Part shown: positions 28,711 to 45,275 of the stretch, in pieces
How positions within the stretch are numbered: position 1 is the first letter of the stretch
Layout: the number at the start of each line of letters is the position of its first letter
NCBI RefSeq assembly: GCF_009914755.1
Contig: NC_060935.1
Direction: 5' to 3' (one strand)
DNA from: the human T2T-CHM13v2.0 reference genome, Homo sapiens
Length of the DNA stretch: 64,000 nt
Made by a program: the position numbers and the translations under genes
Notes under the pieces: model-generated
What the model saw: only the letters and a program-made list of their open reading frames with translations
Databases searched by the model: none
What the model was told of the DNA's origin: nothing

Positions 28711-29149
28711 CAGTAAAAAAAGCAAACAAAAAATGATAAGGTTAAGGTTATATACATTTTGAGTAACATAGTCAATAGTTTGTTCTAATGAACATTTACT
28801 AACTTGGTACTCTAAAGAAAGAAATATTATTTCCAATTACACATGGTTCATTGATAAATATTGACTGTGTGCTAGGGCATAAAGTAAAACTTAATGAAAA
28901 CCAGACATCAATATCTTATAAACCATGTTTTATGATTGCAGTATATTTAAGTTAGAAATCAATAATTAAAAGCTAACTACCCTCAATAAAATAGATTTTT
29001 CAAATACATGTTGCTAAATAATATGTTGATTAAATAATGATTATTAAATTTAAAAATACTTAGATTGTAATGAAAATAAAATACTATAAAAATGTATACA
29101 GATACATTATATTTACTATTATATTTACAATCTAATCCTCAAAACGAAA

Positions 29150-32100
29150 TGCCATGTATACATATCACATTTTCTTTATCCACTCATTGGTTGTTGGGCT
29201 CTTAGGTTGATTTCATATCTTTGCAATTGTGAATTGTGCTGTGATAAACATGCACATGCAGGTATCTTTTTGATATAATAACTTTTTTCCTTTGGATAGA
29301 TACCCAGTAGTGTGTTTCTGAATCAAATGATGAATCTATTTTTAATTCTTTGAGAAATTTCCATATTGTTTTCCATGAGATTGCACTAGTTTACATGCCC
29401 TCCAGTAGTGTGTAAGTGTTCCCTTTTGACCATATCTGTGCCAGTATCTATTTGTTTCCTGACTTTTAATTAATGACCATTCTGGCTGAGGTAAGGTGGT
29501 ATCTCACTGTGGTTTTAATTTGCATTTCCCTGATGATTAGTGATGATGAGCATTTTTCATATGTTTTTTGGTCATTTGTGTATCTTCTTTTAAGAAATGT
29601 CTGTTCATGTCATTTGTCCACTTTTTAATGGGATTTGTTTTTCTTGCTCATTTGTTTGAGTTCCTTGTAGATTCTGAACACTAGTCCTTTGTCAGAGGCA
29701 TGGTTTGCAAGTATTTTTTTTCCATTCTGTAGATTGTCTATTCATTGATTATTGTTTTGCTATGCAAAAGGTTTCTTTTTTTTAAATTAGGTCCCATTTA
29801 CTTGTTTTTGTTACACTTGGTTTTGGGGTCTTAGTCGTAAATTTATTCCTAGGCCAATGTCTAGAATAGTTTTTCCTAGGGTTTCTTCTGGAATTTTTAT
29901 GGTTTCAGGTATTAGGCTAAATCTTTAATCCATCTTGAATTAATTTTGTGTATGGTGAAACTTATGGATCTAGTTTCATTCTTCTACATACAGCTAGCCA
30001 GTTATCCCAGTACCATTTATTGAATAGGGAGTCCTTTCCTCATGCTTGTTGTTGTCAAGAATCAGATGCTTGACAAAAACATCTGTCAAAGATCAGATAA
30101 CCTGTCAAAGATCAGATGGTTATAGGTGTGCAGCTTTATTTCTTGGTTCTCTGTGCTGTTCTGTTGGTATATGGGCCTGTTTTGTACCAGTACCATGCTG
30201 TTTTGGTTACTGTAGCCTTATAGTATAGTTTGAAGTTGGATAGTGTGATGGCTTTGACTTTGTTCTTTTTGCTTAGGGTTGCTCTGGCTATTAAGGCTCA
30301 TTTTTGGTTCCACATGAATTTTAGAATAGTTTTTTTCTAATTCTGTGAAGAATGACACTGGTAGCTTGATAGGAATAACATTGAATCTGTAAGTTGCTTT
30401 GCACAGTATGCTTATTTTAATAATACTGATTCTTCCAATACATGAGCATGGAATATTTTTCCATTTATTTGTGTCATTTCTGATTTTTACAGCAATTTTT
30501 TGTAGTTCTCTTTATAGTGATCTTTCACTTACTTGGTTAGATGTAGTCCTACATATTTCATTTTTTGGTGTGTTTATTTTAAATGGGATTGTGTTCTTAA
30601 TTTGACTTTCTGCTTGAACATTATTGGTGTATAGAAATGCTACTGATTTTCGTACATTGATTTTGTATACTGAAACTTTACTAAAGTTGTTAATAAGTTC
30701 TAGGAGCTTTTTGGAAGAGTCTTTAGGATTTTCTAAGTATAGAATCATATTGTCAGCAAAGACAGAAAGTTTGTTTTTCTTTTGTTATGTGCATGTCTTT
30801 TATTTATTTCTCTTGCTTGATTGCTCTGGGTAGGACTTCCAGTGCTATGTTGAATAAGAGTGGTGAGAGTTGCCATCTTTGTATTGTTCCAGTTCTCAAG
30901 GGGAATGGTTCCAGCTTTTGCCTATTCAGTATGATGTCAGCTGTGGGTTCTTCATAGATGGCTTTCATTGTTTTGGGGTGTATTCCCTTGGTGCTTAGTC
31001 TGTTGAGGCTTTTTATCATAAAGGGATGTTGTATTTTTATCAAAGGCTTTTTCTGCATTGAGATGATCATATAGTTTTGCTTTTAGTTCTGTTCTTGTGG
31101 TGAATCACATTTATTGACTTGCATGTGTTGAACCAGGCTTGGATCCCAGGAATGAAACCAATTTGATTGAGGTGAATTAACTTTTCTATGTGCTGCTGGA
31201 TTCAGTTTGCTAGTATTTTGTTGAGGATGTTTGCCTCTATGTTCATCAGGGATATTGGACTAAAGTTTCTTTTTTTTATTGTGTCTTTGCTAGATTTTGT
31301 TATCAATCTGATTCTGGCTTCATAGAAGCTGTTAGGGAGGAGGCCCTCCTCCTCAATATTTTGGAATAGTTTCAGTAGAATTAGTACCAGTACTTCTGTA
31401 TAGATCTTGTAGAATTTGGCTGTGATTCCATCTGGTTCAGAGCTTTTTTTGTTTTCTAGTTTTTTTTTTTAATTTATTACTGCTTCAGTTTTTAACTTAT
31501 AATTGGTCTGTTCAAGTTTTCACTTTCTTCCTGTTCCAATATTGGGAGGTCAAATGTTTCCAGGAATTTATCCATTTCCTCTAGATTTTCTAACTTGTGT
31601 GCATACAGTTGTTCATAATGGCCTCTGATGATATTTTGTATTGTTGTGCAGTCTGTTGTTATATCATTTTTGTAATTTCTGATTGTACTTATTTGGATAT
31701 TCTCTTTTTTTTCTGTGTTAATCTAGCTAATGGTCTATCAATTTTACTTATTATTTTGAAAAACAAAATTTTTGGTTTTATTGATCTTTTGTATGTATTT
31801 TTGTGTCTCAGTTTTATTTAGTTATTTATCTAATTTTAGTTAATTATTTTCTTCTGCTAGCTTTAGGGTTTATTTGTTCTTTTTTTTTCTCTAGATTGTA
31901 TAGGTGCAACATTAGCTTGTTAATTTTAGATCTTCCTAACTTCTTGATGAGGCATTTAGCATTACAAAACTTTCCTCTTAACACTGCTTTAGATGTATCC
32001 CCAATATTTTGTAAATTGTATCCTTATTTTCATTAATTTCAATTTAAAATAATTTCTGCTTAAATTTTATTGTTCACTCAGCAGCAAATTGTTTAATTTT

Positions 32101-34230
32101 CATGTATTTGTGTAGTTTTGAGAAAACTTTTTGATGTTGACTTTTATATTTAATATGCTGTGGTCTGAGAGTGTGCTTGGTATGATTTGAACTTTTTAGA
32201 ATTTATTGAGCCTTGCTTTATGACTGAGCATATGGTCATTCTTAGACAATGTTCCATGTGCAGGTGAGAAGAATGTATACTCTGTGGTTGTTGGGTGTAG
32301 TATTCTGTAGATGTCTATTAGGTCCGATTGGTCAAGTGTTGTGTTTAATTCCAGAATCTCTTTGTTAGTTTTCTTCTTTGATGACATGTCAAATGCTGTC
32401 AGGAGGTGTTAAAGTCTTCCACTATTATTGTTTGGCTGGCTAAATGTTTTCATAGGTGAAGAGGACTTGTTTTATGAATTGGGTGCCACATTGCTTGCAC
32501 ATTTTTATTTAGGATAGCCAAGCCTTCTTGTGAATGGAGCCCTTTATCATTATGTCATGTTCTTCTTTGTCCCTTCTGATTGTTGTTTTAAAGGCTGTTT
32601 TTTATCTGATATACTTCCAGTTGCATTATATAGTTCTTGTAATGAAGTTTTCAGTTCCAGAAGTTCAGCTGGGTTCTTTCTTAAAATGGCTATTTTGTGT
32701 TTGGCTTCAGATCATTTTGCTAGATTTTTTGGATTGGGTTTTAACTTTCTCCCTAATCTTGATGAGCTTTCTTACCATCCAGATTCTGATTTCTATGGCT
32801 GTTATTTCAATCATTTCAGTCTCATTAAGGATCTTTGCTGGGGAGCTAGTGGGTGCATTTGAAGGTAAGGGAACACTCTGGCATTTTGAATAGCTGGGGT
32901 TCTTGTGCTGAGTCTTTCTCATCTAGGAGGGCCGGTGTTCTTTTAATTGTGGTGTAATTTGAGTACAGTCAGTTGTATTCAATTCTAGATGCTTCCAGAG
33001 GGTCAAGGGTCTGTACAGGATTTTTATTCGTTACTGGATTCTTGCCCTTGGTTATCACAGGGTGCATATTAGCGGAGTATTTTCTGGTGGTGTAGTTTGA
33101 GCTTCCTTCCAGTACATGGCACTTAGGACTAATGGCCAATAGATAGGCTCTTAGCTTCGTGACTCTTGTATTTCCTCACATTCACAGGCATGCTTTGCAT
33201 TTGAGGTGGGAGTGAGTTGACCCTCTCACCAGTCTCCTGGGCCTTGGAGGAGAGCACACTGATTACTCGTGCTGCACCACATTTATTTTGTTAGGTGCTT
33301 TAGGCTGTGTGCTCCCTCAGGTGGAGGCCCTGGCAGAGAGATAGGGTACATCCTTTCTGGGCTGGCCCTGTGGATGGAGAAATGCCCACTCCCATCATGA
33401 GCCATGAACCCATTTATCTTACCCCTCTCAGTACTCTGAGAATGAGGGCTCCTCCTCTGCTCAAGTGTCAGCCGCAGATCTTGGCTTGGCACCCTTGAGC
33501 TGTACAACATAGCCCTGGGGTGCTGGGTCTGGCCTGCAGCTTAGGGTTGAGCTCCAGCTGTGCTGGGGCATCTAAAGTGCTCCCAGGTCACCAGGAAAGT
33601 ACTCAGATGGAGCAAAGCCTTCAGGCTGGGCAATGGAGGCTGCACTGTGCACAATGCTCCTGTGACGGCCAAGAGGGGGCCCCGGGATGGGCTGACAGGC
33701 AGAAGGGCCTATAGAACAGACATGCTTCAGTCCCATGGGGATGCTGATCCCACTGTCTCCTGGCCTGGCAGTCAGTTGGGGCTAGAGCTTCTTAGAGTGA
33801 GGGGGAAGCTCTGGGGGATGGGTGCTAATGATCGTACTTCCCCGAAGCTGTCCACATGCAAAAGTCCATGGGCTCTTTGCTGCCTGAAGCCTTGTCTCTG
33901 CCTATTCTCTGGGAAGATCTCCCTGCCAGCTCAGATGCCCATGGGGCATGTGGGGTCCCCCGTAGGTAGGATCTCAGAGGTCTGCAGTGAGAGTAGGCTG
34001 TGCCTCAGTTCCTTCACTCACCCCTTCCCCAGGAGCCATTCAGCTACCCTGTGCAGGATTCCCAGCTTCCTCTCTCTCTATTTTTAGAATCTGCATCATC
34101 TCACCATCCAATAAGTATTTTCTCTCTGAAGATCCGCTCAAGTAATTTTGGTTTACCTGATATTTTGTTCTCTCTCAGTGGGAGTGGCACTTCTTGGCTG
34201 TGTGTAGTTGGCCATCTTGTCCCCCTCTTC
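29150..34230 (-). mobile_element. L1PA15/16-L1PB-like LINE-1 with 5'UTR, an internal deletion at ~32613 and no 3' end
   Basis: ORF2 remnants (30512-30748, 30804-31070, 32196-32387), ORF1 N-terminus (32707-32922), 5' end GGGGACAAGATGGCCAACTA on the minus strand. Confidence 0.88.
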
Positions 34231-34360
34231 CATATATGGCTTTCATTATTTGATGTGTTTTCCTTCTGTGCCTAGTTTGTTGAGGGTTTTTATCATAAAA
34301 CGATGCTGGATTTTATCGAATGCTTATTCTGCATATATTGAAAATGATCATATGATTTTT
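34231..34360 (-). mobile_element. L1PB-like ORF2 (RT-region) fragment
   Basis: atggctttcattat..ttgagggtttttatcataaaacgatgctggattttatcgaatgc..gatcatatgatttttg. Confidence 0.75.
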
Positions 34361-34618
34361 GTTTTTTTTTTTTATTTTTTTTTATTTTTTTTTAAAATGT
34401 TTTCTTTTTTGTTATTATACTCTAAGTTTTAGGGTACATGTGCACATTGTGCAGGTTAGTTACATATGTATACATGTGCCATGCTGGTGCGCTGCACCCA
34501 CTAACGTGTCATCTAGCATTAGGTATATCTCCCAATGCTATCCCTCCCCCCTCCCCCGACCCCACCACAGTCCCCAGAGTGTGATATTCCCCTTCCTGTG
34601 TCCATGTGATCTCATTGT

Positions 34619-38433
<3,815 letters not shown>

Positions 38434-38496
38434 TATGATGTTAGCTGGATATTTTGCTTGTTAGTTGATGCAGTTTCTTCCTAGCATGGATGGTCT

Positions 38497-39495
38497 TTAC
38501 TATTTGGCATGTTTTTGCAGTGGCTGGTACTGGTTGTTCCTTTAGGAGCTCTTTTAGGGCAGGCCTGGTGGTGACAAAATCTCTCAGCATTTGCTTGTTC
38601 TATAAGGTATTTTATTTCTCCTTCGCTTGTGAAGCTTAGTTTGGCTGGATATGAAATTCTGGGTTGAAAATTCTTTTCTTTAGGAATATTGAATATTGGC
38701 CCCCACTCTCTTCTTCCTTGTAGAGTTTCTGCAAAAAGATCCTCTGTTAGTCTGATGGGCTTCCCTTTGTGGGTAACCCGACCTTTCTCTCTGGCTGCCC
38801 TTAACATTTTTTCCTTCATTTCAACTTTGGTGAATCTGACAATTATGTGTCTTGGAGTTGCTCTTCTCAAAGAGTATCTTTGTGGCGTTCTCTGTATTTC
38901 CTGAATTTGAATGTTGGCCTGCCTTGCTAGACTGGGGAAGTTCTCCTGGATAATAAACTGCAGAGTGTTTTCCAGCTTGATTCCACTCTCCCTGTCACTT
39001 TCAGGTACACCAATCAGATGTAGATTTGGTCTTTTCACATAGTCCCATATTTCTTGGAGACTTTATTCATTTCTTTTTATTCTTTTTTGTCTAAACTTCT
39101 CTTCTTGCTTCATTTCATTCATTTGATCTTCCATCACTGATACCCTTTCTTCCAGTTGATCAAATCGGCTACTGAGGCTTGTGCATTCGTCACGTAGTTC
39201 TCATGCTGTGGTTTTCAGCTCCATCAGGTCCTTTAAGGACTTCTCTGCATTGGTTATTCTACTTAGCCATTCATCTAATTTTTTTCAAGGTTTTTACCTT
39301 CTTTACCATGGGTTCGAACTTCCTCCTTTAGCTCAGAGTAGTTTGATCCTCTGACGCCTTCTTCTCTTAACTTGTCAAAGTCGTCCTCCATCCAGCTTTG
39401 TTCTGTTGCTGGTGAGGAGCTGCGTTCCTTTGGAGGAGGATAGGCGCTGTGATTTTTAGAGTTTCCAGTTTTTCTGCTCTGTTTTTTCCCCAAGT
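38497..39495 (-). pseudogene. L1 ORF1, disrupted (start codon lost, stops/frameshifts, ~20-bp deletion near the C-terminus)
   Basis: GKKQSRKTGNSK...; KRPNLHLIGVPE...RISYPAKLSF; ccacaaacttgggg in place of ccacaaagatgggg. Confidence 0.9.
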
Positions 39496-41884
39496 TTGTG
39501 GTTTTATCTACCTTTGGTCTTTGATGATGGTGGTGTACAGACAGGGTTTTGGTGTCAATGTCCTTTCTGTTTGTTAGTTTTCCTTCTAACAGGCAGGACA
39601 CTCAGCTGCAGGTCTGTTGGAGTTTGCTGGAGGTCCACTCCAGACCCTGCGTGCCTGGATATCAGCAGCGGAGGCTGCAGAATAGCAGATATTGGTGAGC
39701 AGCAAATGTTGCTGCCTGATCGTTCCTCTGGAAGTTTTGTCTCAGAGGAGTACCCAGCCATGTGAGGTATCAGTCTGCCCCTACTGGGGAGTGCCTCCCA
39801 GTTAGGCTACTCAGGTCTCAGGGACCCACTTGAGTAGGCAGTCTGTCCATTCTCAGATCTCCAGCTGAGTGCTGGGAGAACCACTACTCTCTTCAAAGCT
39901 GTCAGACAGGGTCATTTAAGTCTGCAGAGGTTTCTGCTGCCTTTTGTTTGGCTATGCCCTGCCACCAGAGGTGGAGTCTACAGAGGCAGGCAGGCCTCCT
40001 TGAGCTGCAGTGGGCTCCACCCAGTTCGAGCTTCCCGACCGCTTTGTTTACCTACTGAAGCCTCGGAAATGGCGGGCGCCCCTCTCGCAGCCTTGCTGCC
40101 CCTTGCAGTTTGATCTCAGACTGCTGTGCTAGCAATGAGCGAGGCTCCGTGGGTGTAGAACCCTCCGAGCCATGTGCGGGATATAATCTCCTGGTGTGCC
40201 GTTTGCTAAGACCATTGGAAAAGTGCAGTATTAGGGTGGGAGTGACCCAATTTTCCAGGTGGCATCTGTCACCTCTTTCTTTGACTAGGAAAGGGAATTC
40301 CCTGACCCCTTATGCTTCCTTGGTGAGGTGGTGCCTCGCCCTGCTTCAGCTCACACTCGGTGCACTGCACCCACTGTCCTGCACCCACTGTCTGACACTC
40401 CTCTGTGAGATGAACCCAGTTCCTCAGTTGGAAATGCAGAAATCACCCATCTTCTGTGCCGCTCATGCTGGGAGCTGTAGACTGGAGCTGTTCATATTCG
40501 GCCATCTTGGCTCCACCCATAATGTTTGTCTTTCTGCACCTGGCTTATTTCACTTAGCATACTGACCTCCATTTCCCCCCATGTTGTTGCAAATGACTGA
40601 GTCTTCTTTTTAAAATATTTTTTATGGTTGATTGGTACTCTATTCTGTGTAAGTACCATGTTTTCTTTATCCATTTATCTGTTTTTGGACACATAGTTTG
40701 CTTCCAAATCTTGGCCATTGTGAACAGGGGTACAATAAACATGGGAGTGCAGATATCTCTTTGATGTACTGATTTCCTTTCTTTGGGGTGTACCCAGCAA
40801 TAGGACTCCTGGATCATATGGTAGCTCTATTTTTAGCTTTTTAAGGAACCTCCAAACTGTTCTCCATAGTAGTTGTACTAACTTGCATTCCCACCAATAG
40901 TGTATGAGGGTCCCCTTTTCTCCACATTCTCACCAGCATTTGTTAAGCCATTTTAACTGGGGTGAGATTATATTTTATTGTAGTTTTGGTTTGTGTTTCT
41001 TTATTATTAATGATGTTGAGCAGATTTTTATAAGTCTATTTGCCATTTGTATGTCTTCTTTTGAGAAATGTCTATTGAAATTTTCTGTTCATTTTTTGAT
41101 CAGATGATTAGATTTTTTCCTGTAGAGCTATTTGAGCTCCTTATATGTTCTAGTTGTTAATCCCTTGTCAGAGGGATAGTTAGCAAATATTGTATCCTAT
41201 TCTGTGGGTTGTCTCTTCACTTTTTTGGTTGTTTCCTTTTCTGTGTAGAAGCTGTTTAATTTGAGGTGATCCCGTTTGTTCATTTTTGCTTTTGTTTCCT
41301 GTGATTGTGGGGTATTACTCAAGAAATCTTTGGCCAAACCAATATCCTGGAGAGTTTCCTCAATGTTTTATTGTAGTAGTTTCATAGTTTGAAATCAGAT
41401 TTATGTCTTTCATTCATTTTGATTTGATTTTTGTATATGGCAAGAGGTAGGGGTCTAGTCTTATTCTTTTTACCACTGTATGTTCTTGGTACCTTTGTTA
41501 AAAATGAGTTCATTGTAGGTGTGTGGATTTGTTTCTGGATTTTCTATTCTATTCCATTGTTCTATGTGTCTGTTTCTATGCCAGGACCAAGCTGCTTTTG
41601 TTATTATAGATTTGTAGCATAATTTGAAGTCAGGTAATGCAATTCCTCCAGTTTTGTTCTTTTTGCTTAACATAGCTTTGGCTATTCTGGGTCTCCTGTG
41701 GTTCCATATAAATTTTAGGATAGGTTTTTCTATTTTTGTGAGGAATGTTATTGGTATTTTGATAGGGATTGCATTGAATCTGTAGATTGCTTTGGGTACT
41801 ATGGGCATTTTAACAATGTGAATTATTCCAATCCATAAACATAAAATATCTATTTTTGGGTGTCATCTTCAATTTCTTTCATAG

Positions 41885-42286
<402 letters not shown>

Positions 42287-42393
42287 TACTTCTTCAGTTA
42301 ATTCCTAGATATATAATTTTATTGGTGGCTATTGTAAATGGGATTACTTTTTTTTTTTTACTTCTGTTTCAGATTGTTCACTGCTGGCATATA

Positions 42394-42467
42394 TTAGGTT
42401 GGTTCAAAAATAATTGTGGTTTTTGCCATTAACAGCAAAAATAGCAATTACTTTTGAAACAACCTAA
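42394..42467. mobile_element. MADE1 (Hsmar1-derived MITE)
   Basis: TTAGGTTGGT...AACAACCTAA palindrome with TA TSDs, inside L1 ORF2. Confidence 0.9.
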
Positions 42468-45082
42468 TAGAAATGCTAATGATTTTTGTATGTTGATTTT
42501 GTATCCTGGAACTTTACTGAGTTTATTATTAGTTCTAACAATTTATTTGTGGAGTATTTAGTTTTTCCTAAATGTAAGATTATATCATTTTAAAAATGGG
42601 TAATTTAACTTCTTCCTTTTCAGTTTGGATGCTGTTCATATCATTCTATTGTCAGTTTGCTCTAGCTAGGATTTTCAGTACTATGTTGAATAACAGTGGT
42701 GAAACTGGTCATCCTTGTCCTGTTCCACATCTTAAAGGAAAGGCTTTCAGGTCTTCTCCCTATTCAGCATGATGGCAGCTGTGGGTCTGTCATATATGGC
42801 TTTTATCATGTTGAAGTATGTTCCTTCTAGCCCCAGTTTTTTGAGAGTTGTTATTATGAAAGGATGTTGAATTTTATCAAATGACTTTTCAGCATCAATT
42901 GAAATGATCATATGGTTTTTGTCCTTCATTCTGTTGACATGATGTATTCCATTGATTGAGTTTTGTATGTTAAACCATCCTTGCATCACAGGGATGAATC
43001 CCATTTGGCCATGATGAATGATTTTTTTAATGTATTGTGGAATTTGGTTGGCTAATATTTTATGGAGAATGTTTGCATCAATATTCATCAGGGTTATTGG
43101 CTGATAGTTTTCTTTTTTTGATGTGTTTTTGCTTGGTGTTGTTATCAGGGTATTACTGGCCACATAGAATGAGTTTGGAAGTATTCACTCCTCTTTGAGT
43201 TTTTTTTTTTTTTTTTTTTTTTTTAGAATAGTTTGAGTAGGATTTGTATTAGTTTTTAACTGGTAGAATAATCAGCAGTGAAGCCATCAGGTCTCAGGCT
43301 TTTCTTTACTGGTAGAAGGTTTTTATTTATGGCTTCAATCTCATTACTTGTTATTAGTCTGTTCAGATTTTGTATTTCAACATGGTTCAATATTGGTACA
43401 TTGTATGTATCTAGAAATTTGTCCATCTTTTCTAGATTTTCCAATTTATTGGCATATAGTTGCTCACAGTAGCCACTAATGATCATTGGAATTTTTGTGG
43501 TGTCAATTTTAATGTTTCCTTTTTTATCTCTGATTGTATTTATTTGGATTTTCTCTCTCTTTTTCTTAGTTAATATGGCTAAAAGTTTGTCTATTTATTT
43601 TAACTTTTGAAAAAACTGACGTTGTTTCACTGACATTTTGTATTGTTTTCTTTATTTTAACTTCATTTATTTCTTCTCCAATCTTTACTATTTCTTTTCT
43701 TCTTCAAATTATGGGTTTGGTTTGCTCTTGCTTTTCTAGTTCTTTAAGATGCATTGTTAGGTTGTTTATTTGACGTTTTTCTTTTTTTTTGATGTAGGCA
43801 TTTATAGCTATAAACTTTCCTGTTAGTACTGCTTTTGCTGTATCCGGTAGCTTTGGTACGTTGTGTTTCCATTATTTATTTCAAGGAATTTTTCAATTTT
43901 CTTCAACTTCAATTTTTCAAGTTTCTTTATTGACCCATTGGTCATTCAGGAGCATATTATTTAATTTCCAAATATTTGTATAGCTTCAAAAATTCCTCTT
44001 ATTATTGATTTCTAGTTTAATCAATTGTGGTCAGAGGACATGCTTGTTATTGTTATTATTGAAATTTTTTCAATGTTTTAAGACTCATTTGTGACCTAAC
44101 ACATAGTCTATTCTTGAGAACGATCCATATGCAAAGAAGAAAGCTGTGTATTCTGCAGCTGTTGGATGAAATTCTCCATAAATATCTATTAGATCCATTT
44201 AGTTTATAGTGCAGATTAATTCCAATGTTTCTTTGTTGATTTTCTCTCTGGGAGATCTTTCCAATGCTGAAAGTGGAATGTTGAAGTCTCCAGCTGTTAT
44301 TGTATTGGAGTCTACCTCTCTCTTTAGCTCTAATAATATTTGTTTTATATATCTGAGTGCTCCATTGTTGGGTGCATATTTAAAATTGTTTTATCCTCTT
44401 GTTGAATTGACCCCTTTATAATTGTATAGTGACTTTCCTTGTCACCTCTTACGGTTTTTTGTCTTAAAGTCTATTTTGTCTAAGTATAGCTGCTCTTGTT
44501 CTTTTTTGGTTTCCATTGGCATGGAATATCTTTTTCCATCCCTTTATTTTTCATCCCTTTATTTTCCATCTGTGTATGTTTATAGGTGAAGTGTTTCTTG
44601 TAAGCCACAGATCAATGGGCGTTTTTTTTTTTAATTTTATCTATGCAGCCACTCTGTGTCTTTTGATTGGAGAGTTCAGTTTCTAACTGATCTGTTGTAG
44701 GCAACGAATCAATGGGTCTTGTGTTTTTTTCATCCTTTTAGCCACTCTATGTCTTTTAAATGAAGAGTTCAGTCCATTTATATTCAGTGTTATTGTTGAT
44801 AAGTGAAGACTTACTCCTGCCATATTGTTGTTTGTTTTCTGGTTGTTTTGTGGTCTTCTCTTCCTCCTTTCTTTCCTTCTTGTCTTCCTTTCAGTGAAGG
44901 TGATATTCTTTGGTAATATGATTTAGTTTCTTGCTTTTTATTTTTCATGTATCTGTTGTATGTTTTTTGGTTTGAAGTTACCATGAGGCTTCCAGATACT
45001 ATCTTATAAGTCATTATTTTAAGCTGATAACAACTTAACACTGTTTGCATAAAAAAATAAACTAATAAAGACCCTATTTCTT

Positions 45083-45275
45083 TTTTTTTTTTTTTTGACG
45101 GAGTCTTGCCCTGTTGCCCAGGCTGAAGTGCAGTGATGCGATCTCAGCTCACTTCAAGTTCCGCCTCCTGGGTTCATGCCATTCTCCTGCCTCAGCCTCC
45201 CAAGTAGCTGGGACTACAGGTGCCTGCCACCACACCCCACTAATTTTTTGTATTTTAATAGAGGTGGGGTTTCAC
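45083..45275 (-). mobile_element. AluY-like, heavily 5'-truncated
   Basis: Right monomer plus linker; TSD aagaccctatttctt (45068-45082) / aagactctatttctt (45276-45290). Confidence 0.9.

Noticed and set aside
33520-34087. GC-richer stretch with a 175-aa ORF, a possible promoter or gene
   Set aside because: It lies in the 5'UTR of the old L1 (29150-34230), is CpG-depleted, and the peptide is unrecognisable
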